DNA of 64,000 bases from Fimbriimonadia bacterium (lineage in GTDB: Bacteria; Armatimonadota; Fimbriimonadia; Fimbriimonadales; JABRVX01), in assembly GCA_041483895.1 (NCBI GenBank), contig JBGPGO010000005.1, forward strand, positions 96,001 through 160,000. The letters run 5' to 3'. Of this stretch, positions 49,363-58,652 are shown one piece after another (within the stretch, counting starts at the first letter, position 1; each line of letters starts with the position of its first letter). Made by a program: the position numbers and the translations under genes. The notes under the pieces were generated by a model that saw only the letters and a list, made by a program, of their open reading frames with translations, searched no databases and was not told the origin of the DNA.

Positions 49363-50031
49363 ATGATTGCCCAAACTATCTCCGTCGAGGACTATCTGAA
49401 GGCGCTTTACGGGCTTGGCGCCCTGACAGATTTTGTTCGGCCCGCCCGAATCGCGGTCCGGCTCAGCATTTCGCGGCCATCGGCCGGCGCGATGCTGGGG
49501 CGGCTGGAGGAGGGCGGGTTTGTGGAATCCGAAAAGGGACGAGGGTACCGATTGACATCGGAGGGAGCGCAGCGGGCGTTGCGCGTCGTTCGCAAGCATC
49601 GGATATTGGAACTCTATCTCGTGCGGGTCCTGAAGCTCGATTGGGAGGCCGTGCATGAGGAGGCCGAACGGCTGGAGCACGCGCTTTCCGACCGCGTCGA
49701 AGCCGCCATGTCCCACGCGCTGGGCGATCCCGAGTGGGACCCTGAGGGCCAGCCGATCCCGACGCAGGACCTGCAAGTGGCCGTACGAGATCTTCTTCCT
49801 CTCGGCGCGTCCGCACCCGGCGGCGATTTCATTGTTCGGGAGCTTCGCAACGAGGCGCCGGAACGATTGCGGCGATTTCGCGACAGGGGCCTGGTGCCGG
49901 GCGCCCGCGTTTCCGTTGAGGAATACGACGAGATCGACGATCTGTACACCCTTCGAATTGGCCGCAAGAAGGTAGTGATTGGAACGGAAGGGTTGGACGG
50001 AGTGTTCGTGGAGGCCGCCACCGAGCCATGA
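49363..50031 (+). CDS. mntR: DtxR/MntR family manganese regulator
   Basis: VEDYLKAL, HRILELYL, VHEEAERLEH; coupled to mntH. Confidence 0.85.
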   Translation: MIAQTISVEDYLKALYGLGALTDFVRPARIAVRLSISRPSAGAMLGRLEEGGFVESEKGRGYRLTSEGAQRALRVVRKHRILELYLVRVLKLDWEAVHEEAERLEHALSDRVEAAMSHALGDPEWDPEGQPIPTQDLQVAVRDLLPLGASAPGGDFIVRELRNEAPERLRRFRDRGLVPGARVSVEEYDEIDDLYTLRIGRKKVVIGTEGLDGVFVEAATEP

Positions 50032-51440
50032 GATCGCGAACCAAGGTGATCAACCATCGCAATGGCCGCGAAGCGCCTTCCCTGGTCGAGGTGTATCGAA
50101 GCGTTCGATTACCCGAAGGCGCTAGGGGAATCCGCCGCTTCCTTGCGTTCGCCGGTCCCGGCTTCTTGGTGAGCGTCGGCTACATGGACCCCGGCAACTG
50201 GTCGTCCGATCTGTCCGGCGGCTCCATTTTCGGCTACAAGCTTCTTTGGGTAATTCTCGCATCCAACCTTATGGCGCAACTGCTACAGGTTCTATGCGCG
50301 CGATTTGGGTTGGTGACCGGCCGTGATCTGGCGCAAGCCTGCCGCGACTATTACAAGAGGCCGGTATCCATTGCCTTGTGGCTGATCTGTGAAATCGCCA
50401 TCGTCGCGTGCGATTTTGCCGAGGTGATTGGGTCGGCGGTGGCGCTGAACCTGTTGCTGGGCATTCCTCTCGTCATGGGCGTCTTTATCACAAGTGCGGA
50501 CGTTCTCATATTGCTGGCCCTTATGCGATTCGGTTTTCGACTGATTGAGGCGATTGTCATCACTCTGGTCACGACCATAGGGGTCTGCTTCGCCATCGAA
50601 TTAATTATGGCCAAGCCGGATCTGGCGGCAATCGGGGTAGGGATGATCAAACCCGCGATCCCTAACTTTCAGGCGCTGTACATTTCGCTGAGCATCTTAG
50701 GGGCTACAGTGATGCCGCACAATTTGTATCTTCACTCTTCCATCGTCCAAACCCGCGCAACGGAGCCGACGGAAGATGGATTGCGGGAGGCGATCAAGAA
50801 CAACACGTGGGATACGATTTTGGCACTCAGCGCGGCGTTCTTCGTCAACGCTGCGATCTTGGTGCTCGCCGCAGCCGTGTTCCACGGAACGGTGGGAAAG
50901 GTGGAAGAGCTGCAGGACGCACACAGGCTGCTCACGCCGCTGTTGGGCGGCGGGGCTTCCACGCTGTTCGCCGTCGCTCTCCTTGCATCCGGCCAGTCGT
51001 CCACCATCACCGGGACGCTGGCGGGTCAGATCGTCATGGAGGGCTTCCTGCGCATTCGGATCACGCCCTGGCTGCGGCGTCTGATCACTCGACTCCTCGC
51101 CATCATTCCGGCTGCGATTCTCATTGCGGTTTCGGGCGGAAAGAACACCGTGGACCTGCTGAACCTCTCTCAAGTCGTCCTTTCCATGCAGCTCTCGTTC
51201 GCTACCTTTCCTCTCGTGATGTTTACGTCCGACAAAAAACGAATGGGGAAGTATGTCAATCCGCTGTGGCTGAAAGTGGTCGGCTACGCCGTTTGCACGA
51301 TAATCGCCGGACTGAACATCTATCTGCTCTACAAGAGCATCTCTCCTCTTTTGCTGTGGGGGATTGCCTCCGTGACGGTGGGTTTCGCTGTATGGGTGAT
51401 GGTTTTCTACAAGGGGAAGGAAAGGGAAGCGAAGATGTGA
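50028..51440 (+). CDS. mntH: Nramp Mn2+/H+ transporter
   Basis: GYMDPGNW, GATVMPHNLYLHS, SSTITGTLAGQIVMEGF. Confidence 0.96.
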   Translation: MRSRTKVINHRNGREAPSLVEVYRSVRLPEGARGIRRFLAFAGPGFLVSVGYMDPGNWSSDLSGGSIFGYKLLWVILASNLMAQLLQVLCARFGLVTGRDLAQACRDYYKRPVSIALWLICEIAIVACDFAEVIGSAVALNLLLGIPLVMGVFITSADVLILLALMRFGFRLIEAIVITLVTTIGVCFAIELIMAKPDLAAIGVGMIKPAIPNFQALYISLSILGATVMPHNLYLHSSIVQTRATEPTEDGLREAIKNNTWDTILALSAAFFVNAAILVLAAAVFHGTVGKVEELQDAHRLLTPLLGGGASTLFAVALLASGQSSTITGTLAGQIVMEGFLRIRITPWLRRLITRLLAIIPAAILIAVSGGKNTVDLLNLSQVVLSMQLSFATFPLVMFTSDKKRMGKYVNPLWLKVVGYAVCTIIAGLNIYLLYKSISPLLLWGIASVTVGFAVWVMVFYKGKEREAKM

Positions 51441-51562
51441 CGCTGCTATCGCTTGCCCTGCTCACTACCGGATTCGCGCCGTTGCCGACGGCTCTGCAAA
51501 CGGCTGTGCCGAATGAGGCCATCAACACCGATCGGCCGGATTTCACAGAGGCTTCTCGATGA
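51437..51562 (+). pseudogene. Truncated 5' remnant of a MetA-pathway-like outer-membrane transporter gene
   Basis: GTGA overlap with mntH; signal peptide then INTDRPDFTEAS, stop after 41 aa. Confidence 0.6.
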
Positions 51563-51617
51563 ACGGCGACGACCGAAAGCCGTTTGTCGGGTTCGGATTT
51601 GCTTTCCGGTATTGACG

Positions 51618-52259
51618 CTACGCGGTCAGAACCGTGCCTTTTTCCAGGCGCATGTCGGTATCGGCCCGTTCTAACACGTCGGCCATCCCGTCCATTGAGC
51701 AAGCGACGCCCGTGGTGAAGCTGAACGGCGGCAGACGTAGCATCTGCCTGGCCTCCAGCAGCGATGCCCTCATGCGGGCCAACATCACGGCGGCGCCCGC
51801 CTTATCGGTATCGGTCAGGATGATCCCGAACTCGTCCCCGCCGATGCGTGCGACGGTATCGGCCCCTCGCACGGAGCGAATTAGATAGTTCGCGGTCGCC
51901 CGGATCGCCAGGTCCCCAACTTCGCGGCCATGCTCCTTGTTCAGCGTCTCCAGCCCGTCGATATCGAGCGTGATGACGCACAAATTTGTCCCGTGCCGCC
52001 TAGCCTGGGTGATGTCGCGGGCGATGGACCGCTCGAACTCTGGCCGCAAGATGAGACCGGTAAGCGGATCGCAGGTGGAGGGCAATGGCTCTCGCTCGGG
52101 CCGCTTCGTCAGCGCGACACCGGACAACCCAACGATAAGAACCATGGCGACCGACTTCGCGAAGCCCAGCATGCACGGCATGTTTGGCGGTCCCATTTCG
52201 AAAACCATAACCGTTGCAACGGATAATCCGAAGAGAAGAAGTATCGTTTTTGCTACCAA
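51618..52259 (-). CDS. Membrane-anchored diguanylate cyclase
   Basis: DPLTGL, GDLAI, RGAD I-site, GGDEF; start uncertain. Confidence 0.88.
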   Translation of the reverse strand: MVAKTILLLFGLSVATVMVFEMGPPNMPCMLGFAKSVAMVLIVGLSGVALTKRPEREPLPSTCDPLTGLILRPEFERSIARDITQARRHGTNLCVITLDIDGLETLNKEHGREVGDLAIRATANYLIRSVRGADTVARIGGDEFGIILTDTDKAGAAVMLARMRASLLEARQMLRLPPFSFTTGVACSMDGMADVLERADTDMRLEKGTVLTA

Positions 52260-52300
52260 ATCTACTAGTCCACCCTTCCTTGATCTATACTCCCATCCTG

Positions 52301-52870
52301 ATGGGAGAGACCGAATCACCGCGCCGGCGGTCCAAATGCTGCGTTTGGGTTTTCCTTACGCCGTTCATATTGATCGGCGTCGGCCTGATCTTCCTATACT
52401 TTTACGCCGGCTTCCCGCCGAAGCAGGTCTGGCTGTACCTGTTCAACCCGAAGCGGGATCTGCATGTCGGGAGCTGCCTCGACAACTTGCGCGAAATGCA
52501 AAAGGCTCTTTCCGCATACGTTGTGAGTAATGACCGGTATCCTCCTGCGGATCGGTGGATGGACGAAGTGATCCAGTACAACTCCCCGGATGACGTGACC
52601 CGCAAAGAGAACTGGAAGCGATTCCGGTGCCCCACCTCCACCGGCGAGGACGAATACGGCTATGCGATGAACGCCGAGCTTTCCGGCGCGTTGCGGCCGC
52701 TGGAAAAGGACAAAGCGGAGTGGGCTCGCGCGGAGAAGACCCCCTTCATCTTCGATTCTTCGGACACATCCCGCAATGCTCACGGGTCCCTGTCGCTGTT
52801 GCCGAAGCCAGGCCGGCACGACGGTAAGAATAACATGCTGTATGCCGATGGACACGCAGCGTCTGAGTAG
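52301..52870 (+). CDS. H-X9-DG domain (pilin-like) membrane protein
   Basis: TM, SCLDNLREM, YGYAMN, HDGKNNMLYADGH. Confidence 0.75.
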   Translation: MGETESPRRRSKCCVWVFLTPFILIGVGLIFLYFYAGFPPKQVWLYLFNPKRDLHVGSCLDNLREMQKALSAYVVSNDRYPPADRWMDEVIQYNSPDDVTRKENWKRFRCPTSTGEDEYGYAMNAELSGALRPLEKDKAEWARAEKTPFIFDSSDTSRNAHGSLSLLPKPGRHDGKNNMLYADGHAASE

Positions 52871-54371
52871 CGATCTGGCTGCGATTGTCGGCGACGAGGG
52901 TGTGATCTCTCGCGCTGACCAGCTTGTAATGTACGATTGCGACGCGTATACAATCGAGAAGGCGCTTCCCACCGTCGTCGTGCTGCCCACCTCTACCGAC
53001 CACGTATCCGCCATCTGTCGTCTGGCACATCGTGCTGGGCTGCCGGTGATTCCACGGGGCGCCGGGACCGGGCTTTCCGGCGGCGCGTTGGCGGTCGAAG
53101 GCGGGATTATCATCTCTTTGACCCGCATGAACCGCATTTTGGAGATTGATATCCCGAACCGTTTCGTCCGCGCCCAGACGGGGGTGGTCAACGCCAGCAT
53201 TACGAAGGCGGTGAGATCCACAAGCCCTCCCCTTTTTTCCAGCGACTCCGGCAACAACCCGACGATGTCCAAACTCTCTGAGCCGGAAAAAGGGGGAGGG
53301 TTGGGTGGGGGTTCTTCGGATTTCTTCTTCGCCCCGGACCCCTCTTCGCAAGGCGCATGTACCATCGGCGGCAACATTGCCGAAAACTCCGGAGGGCCGC
53401 ACACGCTGCGCTACGGTGTGACAGCCAACCACGTCACGGGACTGACATTGGTTCTCCCCGATGGTACGGTGGAGGAACTGGGCGGGCCGGAGAGGGAGCC
53501 GTTCGGCTACGACCTGGTCGGCATCGTGGTCGGCAGCGAGGGCACGTTTGGGATCGTGACCGAGGCGACCTGCCGAATCTTGCGAAAGCCGGAGGCGGTG
53601 GTTACACTGCTGGCCTCTTTCCCTTCCGTGGAATCGGCGACGCAGGCCGTGACCGCTGTGATTGCCGAGGGATTGCAACCCGCCGCGCTAGAGATGATGG
53701 ACCGTCCCGTGCTGGAGGCCGTCGAGATGGCATTTGGGTACGGTCTGGCGCGCGGAGCGGAGGCGGCGCTCATCGTCGAGTTCGAAGGCTGCGCGCCATT
53801 TGTCCAAGAGGCCTCTCAGCAGGGCGATGCCATCTGTCGAGCGGAGGGGGCCTTCGCGGTCCTGTCCGCGACGGAGGACCTGGAACGGGCGAAGTTGTGG
53901 GCGGCGCGGAAGAAGGCGATCGGGGCGTTGGGTCACATCACGCCGAGCGTGGTGACCCACGACGGCGTAATCCCCCGGTCCAAACTGCCTTCGGTCCTGG
54001 CGCAGTGCGCCGATATCGCGCGTCGGCATGGGCTGCGAAATGCCAACGTTTTTCATGCGGGCGATGGGAATCTGCATCCGGTGCTGATGTTCGACGACAC
54101 CGATCCCGAACAGGTGCGAGCAGTGGTGGCGGCGGGGGAGGAGATTCTGAATACCTGCCTCGCCGCGGGGGGAAGCCTGACGGGCGAACACGGCATCGGT
54201 ATCGAGAAAGCAACGATGTTGGACCGGATGTTCGATGCGGACACGATTGACTGCATGCGCCGCCTGAAGACTGTATTCAATCCGGACGGGCGCTGCAATC
54301 CGGGCAAGATATTCCCCGATTCAAAGCATTGCTATGAAATGAAGCCTCGGCGGGGTCCGATCGGGGTTTGA
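52842..54371 (+). CDS. glcD: FAD-linked oxidase, GlcD-like, with in-frame repeat insertion
   Basis: PRGAGTGLSGG, APDPSS, GSEGTFGIVT, HAGDGNLHP, GEHGIG, NPGK. Confidence 0.85.
   Translation: MPMDTQRLSSDLAAIVGDEGVISRADQLVMYDCDAYTIEKALPTVVVLPTSTDHVSAICRLAHRAGLPVIPRGAGTGLSGGALAVEGGIIISLTRMNRILEIDIPNRFVRAQTGVVNASITKAVRSTSPPLFSSDSGNNPTMSKLSEPEKGGGLGGGSSDFFFAPDPSSQGACTIGGNIAENSGGPHTLRYGVTANHVTGLTLVLPDGTVEELGGPEREPFGYDLVGIVVGSEGTFGIVTEATCRILRKPEAVVTLLASFPSVESATQAVTAVIAEGLQPAALEMMDRPVLEAVEMAFGYGLARGAEAALIVEFEGCAPFVQEASQQGDAICRAEGAFAVLSATEDLERAKLWAARKKAIGALGHITPSVVTHDGVIPRSKLPSVLAQCADIARRHGLRNANVFHAGDGNLHPVLMFDDTDPEQVRAVVAAGEEILNTCLAAGGSLTGEHGIGIEKATMLDRMFDADTIDCMRRLKTVFNPDGRCNPGKIFPDSKHCYEMKPRRGPIGV
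53222..53317. repeat. Palindromic element in frame within glcD
   Basis: 96 nt; first 18 nt and last 28 nt identical to 26035-26052 and 26069-26096 in ffh. Confidence 0.9.
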
Positions 54372-54387
54372 GGAAAGCGGCAACCTT

Positions 54388-54420
54388 GGTGGCGGAGACG
54401 AGACGATCATCTTCGCCACC
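54388..54420. terminator. Hairpin between convergent genes
   Basis: GGTGGCGGAGA/TCTTCGCCACC. Confidence 0.5.
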
Positions 54421-54443
54421 GATTGCCTACACCAATTGCGACG

Positions 54444-54905
54444 TTAGGCTCCGACGAGGCCGTAGTTCATGAACATCAGATTGATATCCTTGAGGTCTAC
54501 GACACCGTTTCCGGTCACGTCCGCGTCGTTCGCTCCGGCCTCACCAAAATTGATAAATACGGTATTGATGTCCTTGAGCGTAATTGCGTTGTCGTGGTCT
54601 GCATCCCCGTTGCAAACGAACATCACATCCACCTCTGTGATGACTTCGATGTTGATGTTCTCTTCGCGCACGGATAGCCATTGCGGCGCTTTGGCAACGA
54701 CCGTCGTTGGGCCCATAGTGTTCGTTACCACAATGTACATGCTATTTTCGTCCAAGGTCCCGACGACCGTTTCGACCAGAGTATTATTCTGGTACAGATC
54801 CAGCGTCACCGGGATTCCGGTCACGTTGCCGACGTAGTCGGGAAGGTCGACCATTCCCATGATGCAACCACCGAACATTGAAGAAGCAACTAGTAGGCTA
54901 AGCAT
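54444..54905 (-). CDS. Small secreted protein consisting only of the dockerin-like C-terminal module
   Basis: QWLS...NGDADHDNAITLKDIN..FINFG...DVTGNGVVDLKDINLMFMNYG. Confidence 0.75.
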   Translation of the reverse strand: MLSLLVASSMFGGCIMGMVDLPDYVGNVTGIPVTLDLYQNNTLVETVVGTLDENSMYIVVTNTMGPTTVVAKAPQWLSVREENINIEVITEVDVMFVCNGDADHDNAITLKDINTVFINFGEAGANDADVTGNGVVDLKDINLMFMNYGLVGA

Positions 54906-55141
54906 TGCGTTTTGGCTCCCTTCTGGCTCGAGTCTTGAACCCCGCCCACCCCCTTGGGGGCAAGCGGAATAGGTCATTATATCACAGCATACGTACTTAT
55001 GGAGCCGGTCGGGCTATCATTTTTGTGCCGATCCAAACGGGCGGGCTTATTCTTCGACCGTGGCGGTTCTGCGCGTGGCGTTGCAATTCCAAGGCAGGTC
55101 GATTATAATAACTTCCGTAAGCTAGGTTGCGAGGTGGGGAC

Positions 55142-58060
55142 ATGAGGATTGCAAAGAGCGCCATTTGTTTGTCAATCGGGCTGAGTTGCCTTCTTGCTTT
55201 CGGGCAGAGTGGAACTCCGACCTACACGAGGGTATCCGCCGCCAACAGCGGCAAGCCAGCGAATGCTTCTTGCGTTTATGGACTGCCAAGCGGGGACGGA
55301 TCTGCGGTGGCATTTGCTTCGTATGCCACAAATCTGCTTCCAGGAGACTACTCAAACACGTCCGACATTTTTCTCTACAATCGATCTCTGCCGAGACTTC
55401 GCCTTGGCGCTGGATTTGCGCGCGATTATTATCCATCCATGGGATCGGCATCTCCCTCATTGAGCTTTGACGGTCAGCGACTCGCCTTCGTCGCATACGA
55501 TATCGCTGTATCGACGTTACAGGCTTACGTAAGAGATTTGCCAAGCGAACAGATCATAAATATCTCAGTGAACAATTCAGGAACGTTTGGAAACTCTTCC
55601 GCGCAGGTTCCTTCGATCAGCTCTTCGGGCAACTTTGTTGCCTTCATCAGCCAATCAACGAACTTGACGCCGAACGATACGGACTCAAGTCCGGATGTTT
55701 ATTTACGCGACATAAATACTGGCACGACGGAGCTAATTTCCATAAGCACGTCAGGGGCCAACGCAAAATCGACTTGCCGAAACTGTTCCATAAACGCCGA
55801 TGGAAGGTTTGTTTCCTTTGAGTCGAATTCAAAATTCTTGGATCCGCGTGTTACGACGACAACCTATACACATCTTTATGTTCGGGATCGATTGCTGGGC
55901 ACGACGACGCTGGTTGACAATGCTATGAATGGCAATCCTTCTGCCGTGGGTGTAAACGGATCCTACATTTCGGGAGACGGAAATTGGATCGGCTTCACTT
56001 CCACTTCCTCGAATTTTCTTCCGGGAGACACGAACGGAAAGTCGGATGGCTATCTCTTGAGCCTTGTTACTGGCAAGTATTACCGGGCTTCGATCACAAC
56101 TGACGGGAGCGAGTCGAACGGCTCGTCGCTCGTATGCGGCTTGAGTTCGGATGGTTCAAAGGTTGCTGTTTTGAGCAACGCCGACAATATCGTCCCGAAC
56201 GACGGCAATGCCGATTATGACTGCTTTATCTATGACCGGGTTTCGAATTCAATCCGGTGCATCTCCCTTACCGACGATGGGCAGACGGGTGAGGCGGAGA
56301 GCGGATACTATGGATTTAATATTAGCGCCGACGGCAATACGGCAGTTATCACAACTTCGGCAAATAATTTGGTATCAAACGATTTGAATCCGTATAAGGA
56401 TGTCATCGTTGTTGATTTGGTGCAGAATACGAAGGCGTTGATTTCGCTTTCGGGAGATGGCATACCAGCAGATACGTCGGTATACGGCGCTCTCCATACG
56501 CCAGATTGTCGATATTCAGTTTATACGACAAATGCCACAAATCTAGACGGCAATAGCGACGGCACTTATGGGCTTTACCTCTTTGATGAGGAAACGAGAA
56601 GAGTCGAACTTCTCAGCTACGCAAATGACGGTCATTCCGTGCATTCACCGTCTCCTCAAATACTCTGTGGCATGTCGGCGGATGCGCGCTATGTTGCGTT
56701 CGAATCTTCGTTACCCGACTACGTAGACAACGACACTAATGGTTTCGGTGACACTTTTGTACGCGACCGCAAGCTCGGGACAACGACATTGGCAACCCTG
56801 TCATATGATGGCAAACAATTGAACAGCCCAGCATATGGAGTACTCACTGCAAATGGCAAGGAGATGTTTTTCACGACCGCGGCAACCAACGTGGTTCCTT
56901 CAGGCCAGGATAGCGGCAGCCAAGTGTACGTCCGAAATCTGGAAACCGGCACCGTCGATTCATTAGTTTGGGAGTACACCGGAGGAAAAATCAAGAAGCC
57001 CTTGACAACGGCCGTCCTATTTTCCCCGGATGGAAGATTCGTAGAATTTGTCTCGGACGATGACTTGATCGTTCCAGGGGACACAAACGGGAGGTCCGAT
57101 GGGTTCTTGCTGGACCGGGCGACCGGATCGGTGATTCGAGTGTCGACAATGCCAGACGGATCCGATATGCCGGCGCCAATTGGCGTGCCACTTACGCTCG
57201 ACGGACGATTTGCATGGTTCACAACGAGCGTTGGATTTGATCCCGTCGATACAAATGGGCTTCAGGACACATACTTGAAAGACCTGTCGTCAGGAGAGAT
57301 TCGCCTTGTGACGACGAATGCCAGCGGACAAGTTGGGGAAAAAGCCGCCTATGCGGATATTGATCTGCTGAGTCGCTTCGCAGCCATTACAACGGCTTCG
57401 AAGAACTACCGCGGCCAGTCATCTTCGGGGATCAATGTAGTCTACTTCAAGGACCTATTATCAGGAGAACTGACAACCGTAAGCGCGACCAGTTCCGGGA
57501 AGCCCGAAGACGGCGACGCGGCGGGAATAAGTGTCGACGGTTCTCGAATCTATTTCCGATCGATGGGATCTGGGATCATTCCCGGAGATTTCAGTTCCCA
57601 CACTCAATTGTATGTATGGGACCGTGGCGTTCGAAGGACCAGATTGACATTGCGGGTAAATTTCAACGATTGGGCTGGCTTGCAACCCGTGGATGGAGTC
57701 GCGGCACGTACTAAGTGGAACGGCTACTATTATGGTCTTGCATATTTGAAATACAAGGACGGCGCGTTTGTCGGCAATGTACCGCGGGGAGATTTAGAGA
57801 TCTTTGTCTCGCACGACCATTGGCTGACCCAGTCGATCCATGTCGACACGACCGGCCAAGACACGGCGGAGGTCAGCGTGGCGTTGCCGAACGGGGATGT
57901 CGATGCCGACAATCGCGTCGATCTTCGCGACCTCAATGGCGTCTTCCTCAGCTGGGACACCGACGACGCCACGGCCGATCGGGACGGCGATGGCCTGGTC
58001 GGGTTGACGGATTTGAGCATTGTCTTCGGCAACTTTGGCCTGATCGGCAGCGAGTGGTAG
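55142..58060 (+). CDS. Secreted TolB/WD40-like propeller repeat protein with dockerin-like C-terminus
   Basis: Repeated SADGRxVAF.S...NL.P.DTN...D.F.RD units; NGDVDADNRVDLRDL; GAGGTG RBS. Confidence 0.88.
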   Translation: MRIAKSAICLSIGLSCLLAFGQSGTPTYTRVSAANSGKPANASCVYGLPSGDGSAVAFASYATNLLPGDYSNTSDIFLYNRSLPRLRLGAGFARDYYPSMGSASPSLSFDGQRLAFVAYDIAVSTLQAYVRDLPSEQIINISVNNSGTFGNSSAQVPSISSSGNFVAFISQSTNLTPNDTDSSPDVYLRDINTGTTELISISTSGANAKSTCRNCSINADGRFVSFESNSKFLDPRVTTTTYTHLYVRDRLLGTTTLVDNAMNGNPSAVGVNGSYISGDGNWIGFTSTSSNFLPGDTNGKSDGYLLSLVTGKYYRASITTDGSESNGSSLVCGLSSDGSKVAVLSNADNIVPNDGNADYDCFIYDRVSNSIRCISLTDDGQTGEAESGYYGFNISADGNTAVITTSANNLVSNDLNPYKDVIVVDLVQNTKALISLSGDGIPADTSVYGALHTPDCRYSVYTTNATNLDGNSDGTYGLYLFDEETRRVELLSYANDGHSVHSPSPQILCGMSADARYVAFESSLPDYVDNDTNGFGDTFVRDRKLGTTTLATLSYDGKQLNSPAYGVLTANGKEMFFTTAATNVVPSGQDSGSQVYVRNLETGTVDSLVWEYTGGKIKKPLTTAVLFSPDGRFVEFVSDDDLIVPGDTNGRSDGFLLDRATGSVIRVSTMPDGSDMPAPIGVPLTLDGRFAWFTTSVGFDPVDTNGLQDTYLKDLSSGEIRLVTTNASGQVGEKAAYADIDLLSRFAAITTASKNYRGQSSSGINVVYFKDLLSGELTTVSATSSGKPEDGDAAGISVDGSRIYFRSMGSGIIPGDFSSHTQLYVWDRGVRRTRLTLRVNFNDWAGLQPVDGVAARTKWNGYYYGLAYLKYKDGAFVGNVPRGDLEIFVSHDHWLTQSIHVDTTGQDTAEVSVALPNGDVDADNRVDLRDLNGVFLSWDTDDATADRDGDGLVGLTDLSIVFGNFGLIGSEW

Positions 58061-58191
58061 CCACCTTCCCGCCGCGGGCCTTGGGGTGGTCGGTCATAGG
58101 CGGGATTCGCCAGCCGGACCTGCGGCTACAGGGGACTTTCTTGCCTGTTTTTCCGGCATTCTTGACCGATTTTCTCCATAGGAAATGATGT

Positions 58192-58449
58192 ATGATGAAA
58201 GAGATGGCAAAGGTTCTAGAAGAAAAACTGACCGCTCCGCTGACGGTTACGGCGTGCTATAAGGCCGTCGATGGATGGTTTGCGGCTTGGGTTGAAGAGA
58301 TTCCCGGGGTGAATTCCCAAGGTCGAACGCTTGATGAAGCTCGAACGATGTTGGCGGACGCCCTTGCAATGATGGTTGCAGAATACCGGGCTGATACCCA
58401 GGCCGAGTTTGGTACCGGCGAGGTCCGCGAAACTTTGACGTTGGGCTAA
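58192..58449 (+). CDS. hicB: HicB family antitoxin
   Basis: WVEEIPGVNSQGRTLDEAR. Confidence 0.85.
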   Translation: MMKEMAKVLEEKLTAPLTVTACYKAVDGWFAAWVEEIPGVNSQGRTLDEARTMLADALAMMVAEYRADTQAEFGTGEVRETLTLG

Positions 58450-58643
58450 CTGCGACTTTCCGGTTCGGGAATTCCGAGATCGCGGCAGATTTTCTTCACC
58501 GTTAACCAGTTCACTTCTTTGTGTCGAGGGACCGAGGACTTACGGCCGGTCCGCTTATTGACACATATCTCATGTCCCCCACCCTCACGCAAATGCTCGC
58601 ATTCGTTTTTTCGCAAGTGTCTCTCCAATTCCGATCTCTTCAC
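58446..58643 (-). CDS. hicA: HicA family toxin
   Basis: REGGGHEI, VPRHKEV, KKICRDLGI. Confidence 0.88.
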   Translation of the reverse strand: MKRSELERHLRKNECEHLREGGGHEICVNKRTGRKSSVPRHKEVNWLTVKKICRDLGIPEPESRS

Positions 58644-58652
58644 ACACGCACT

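Noticed and set aside
49220..50030. yybP-ykoY Mn riboswitch before mntH
   Set aside because: No leader space; promoter abuts mntR and mntH overlaps its stop
52394..53678. Long minus-strand ORFs containing EEPPPNPPP
   Set aside because: Antisense to glcD; the peptide reflects the repeat element
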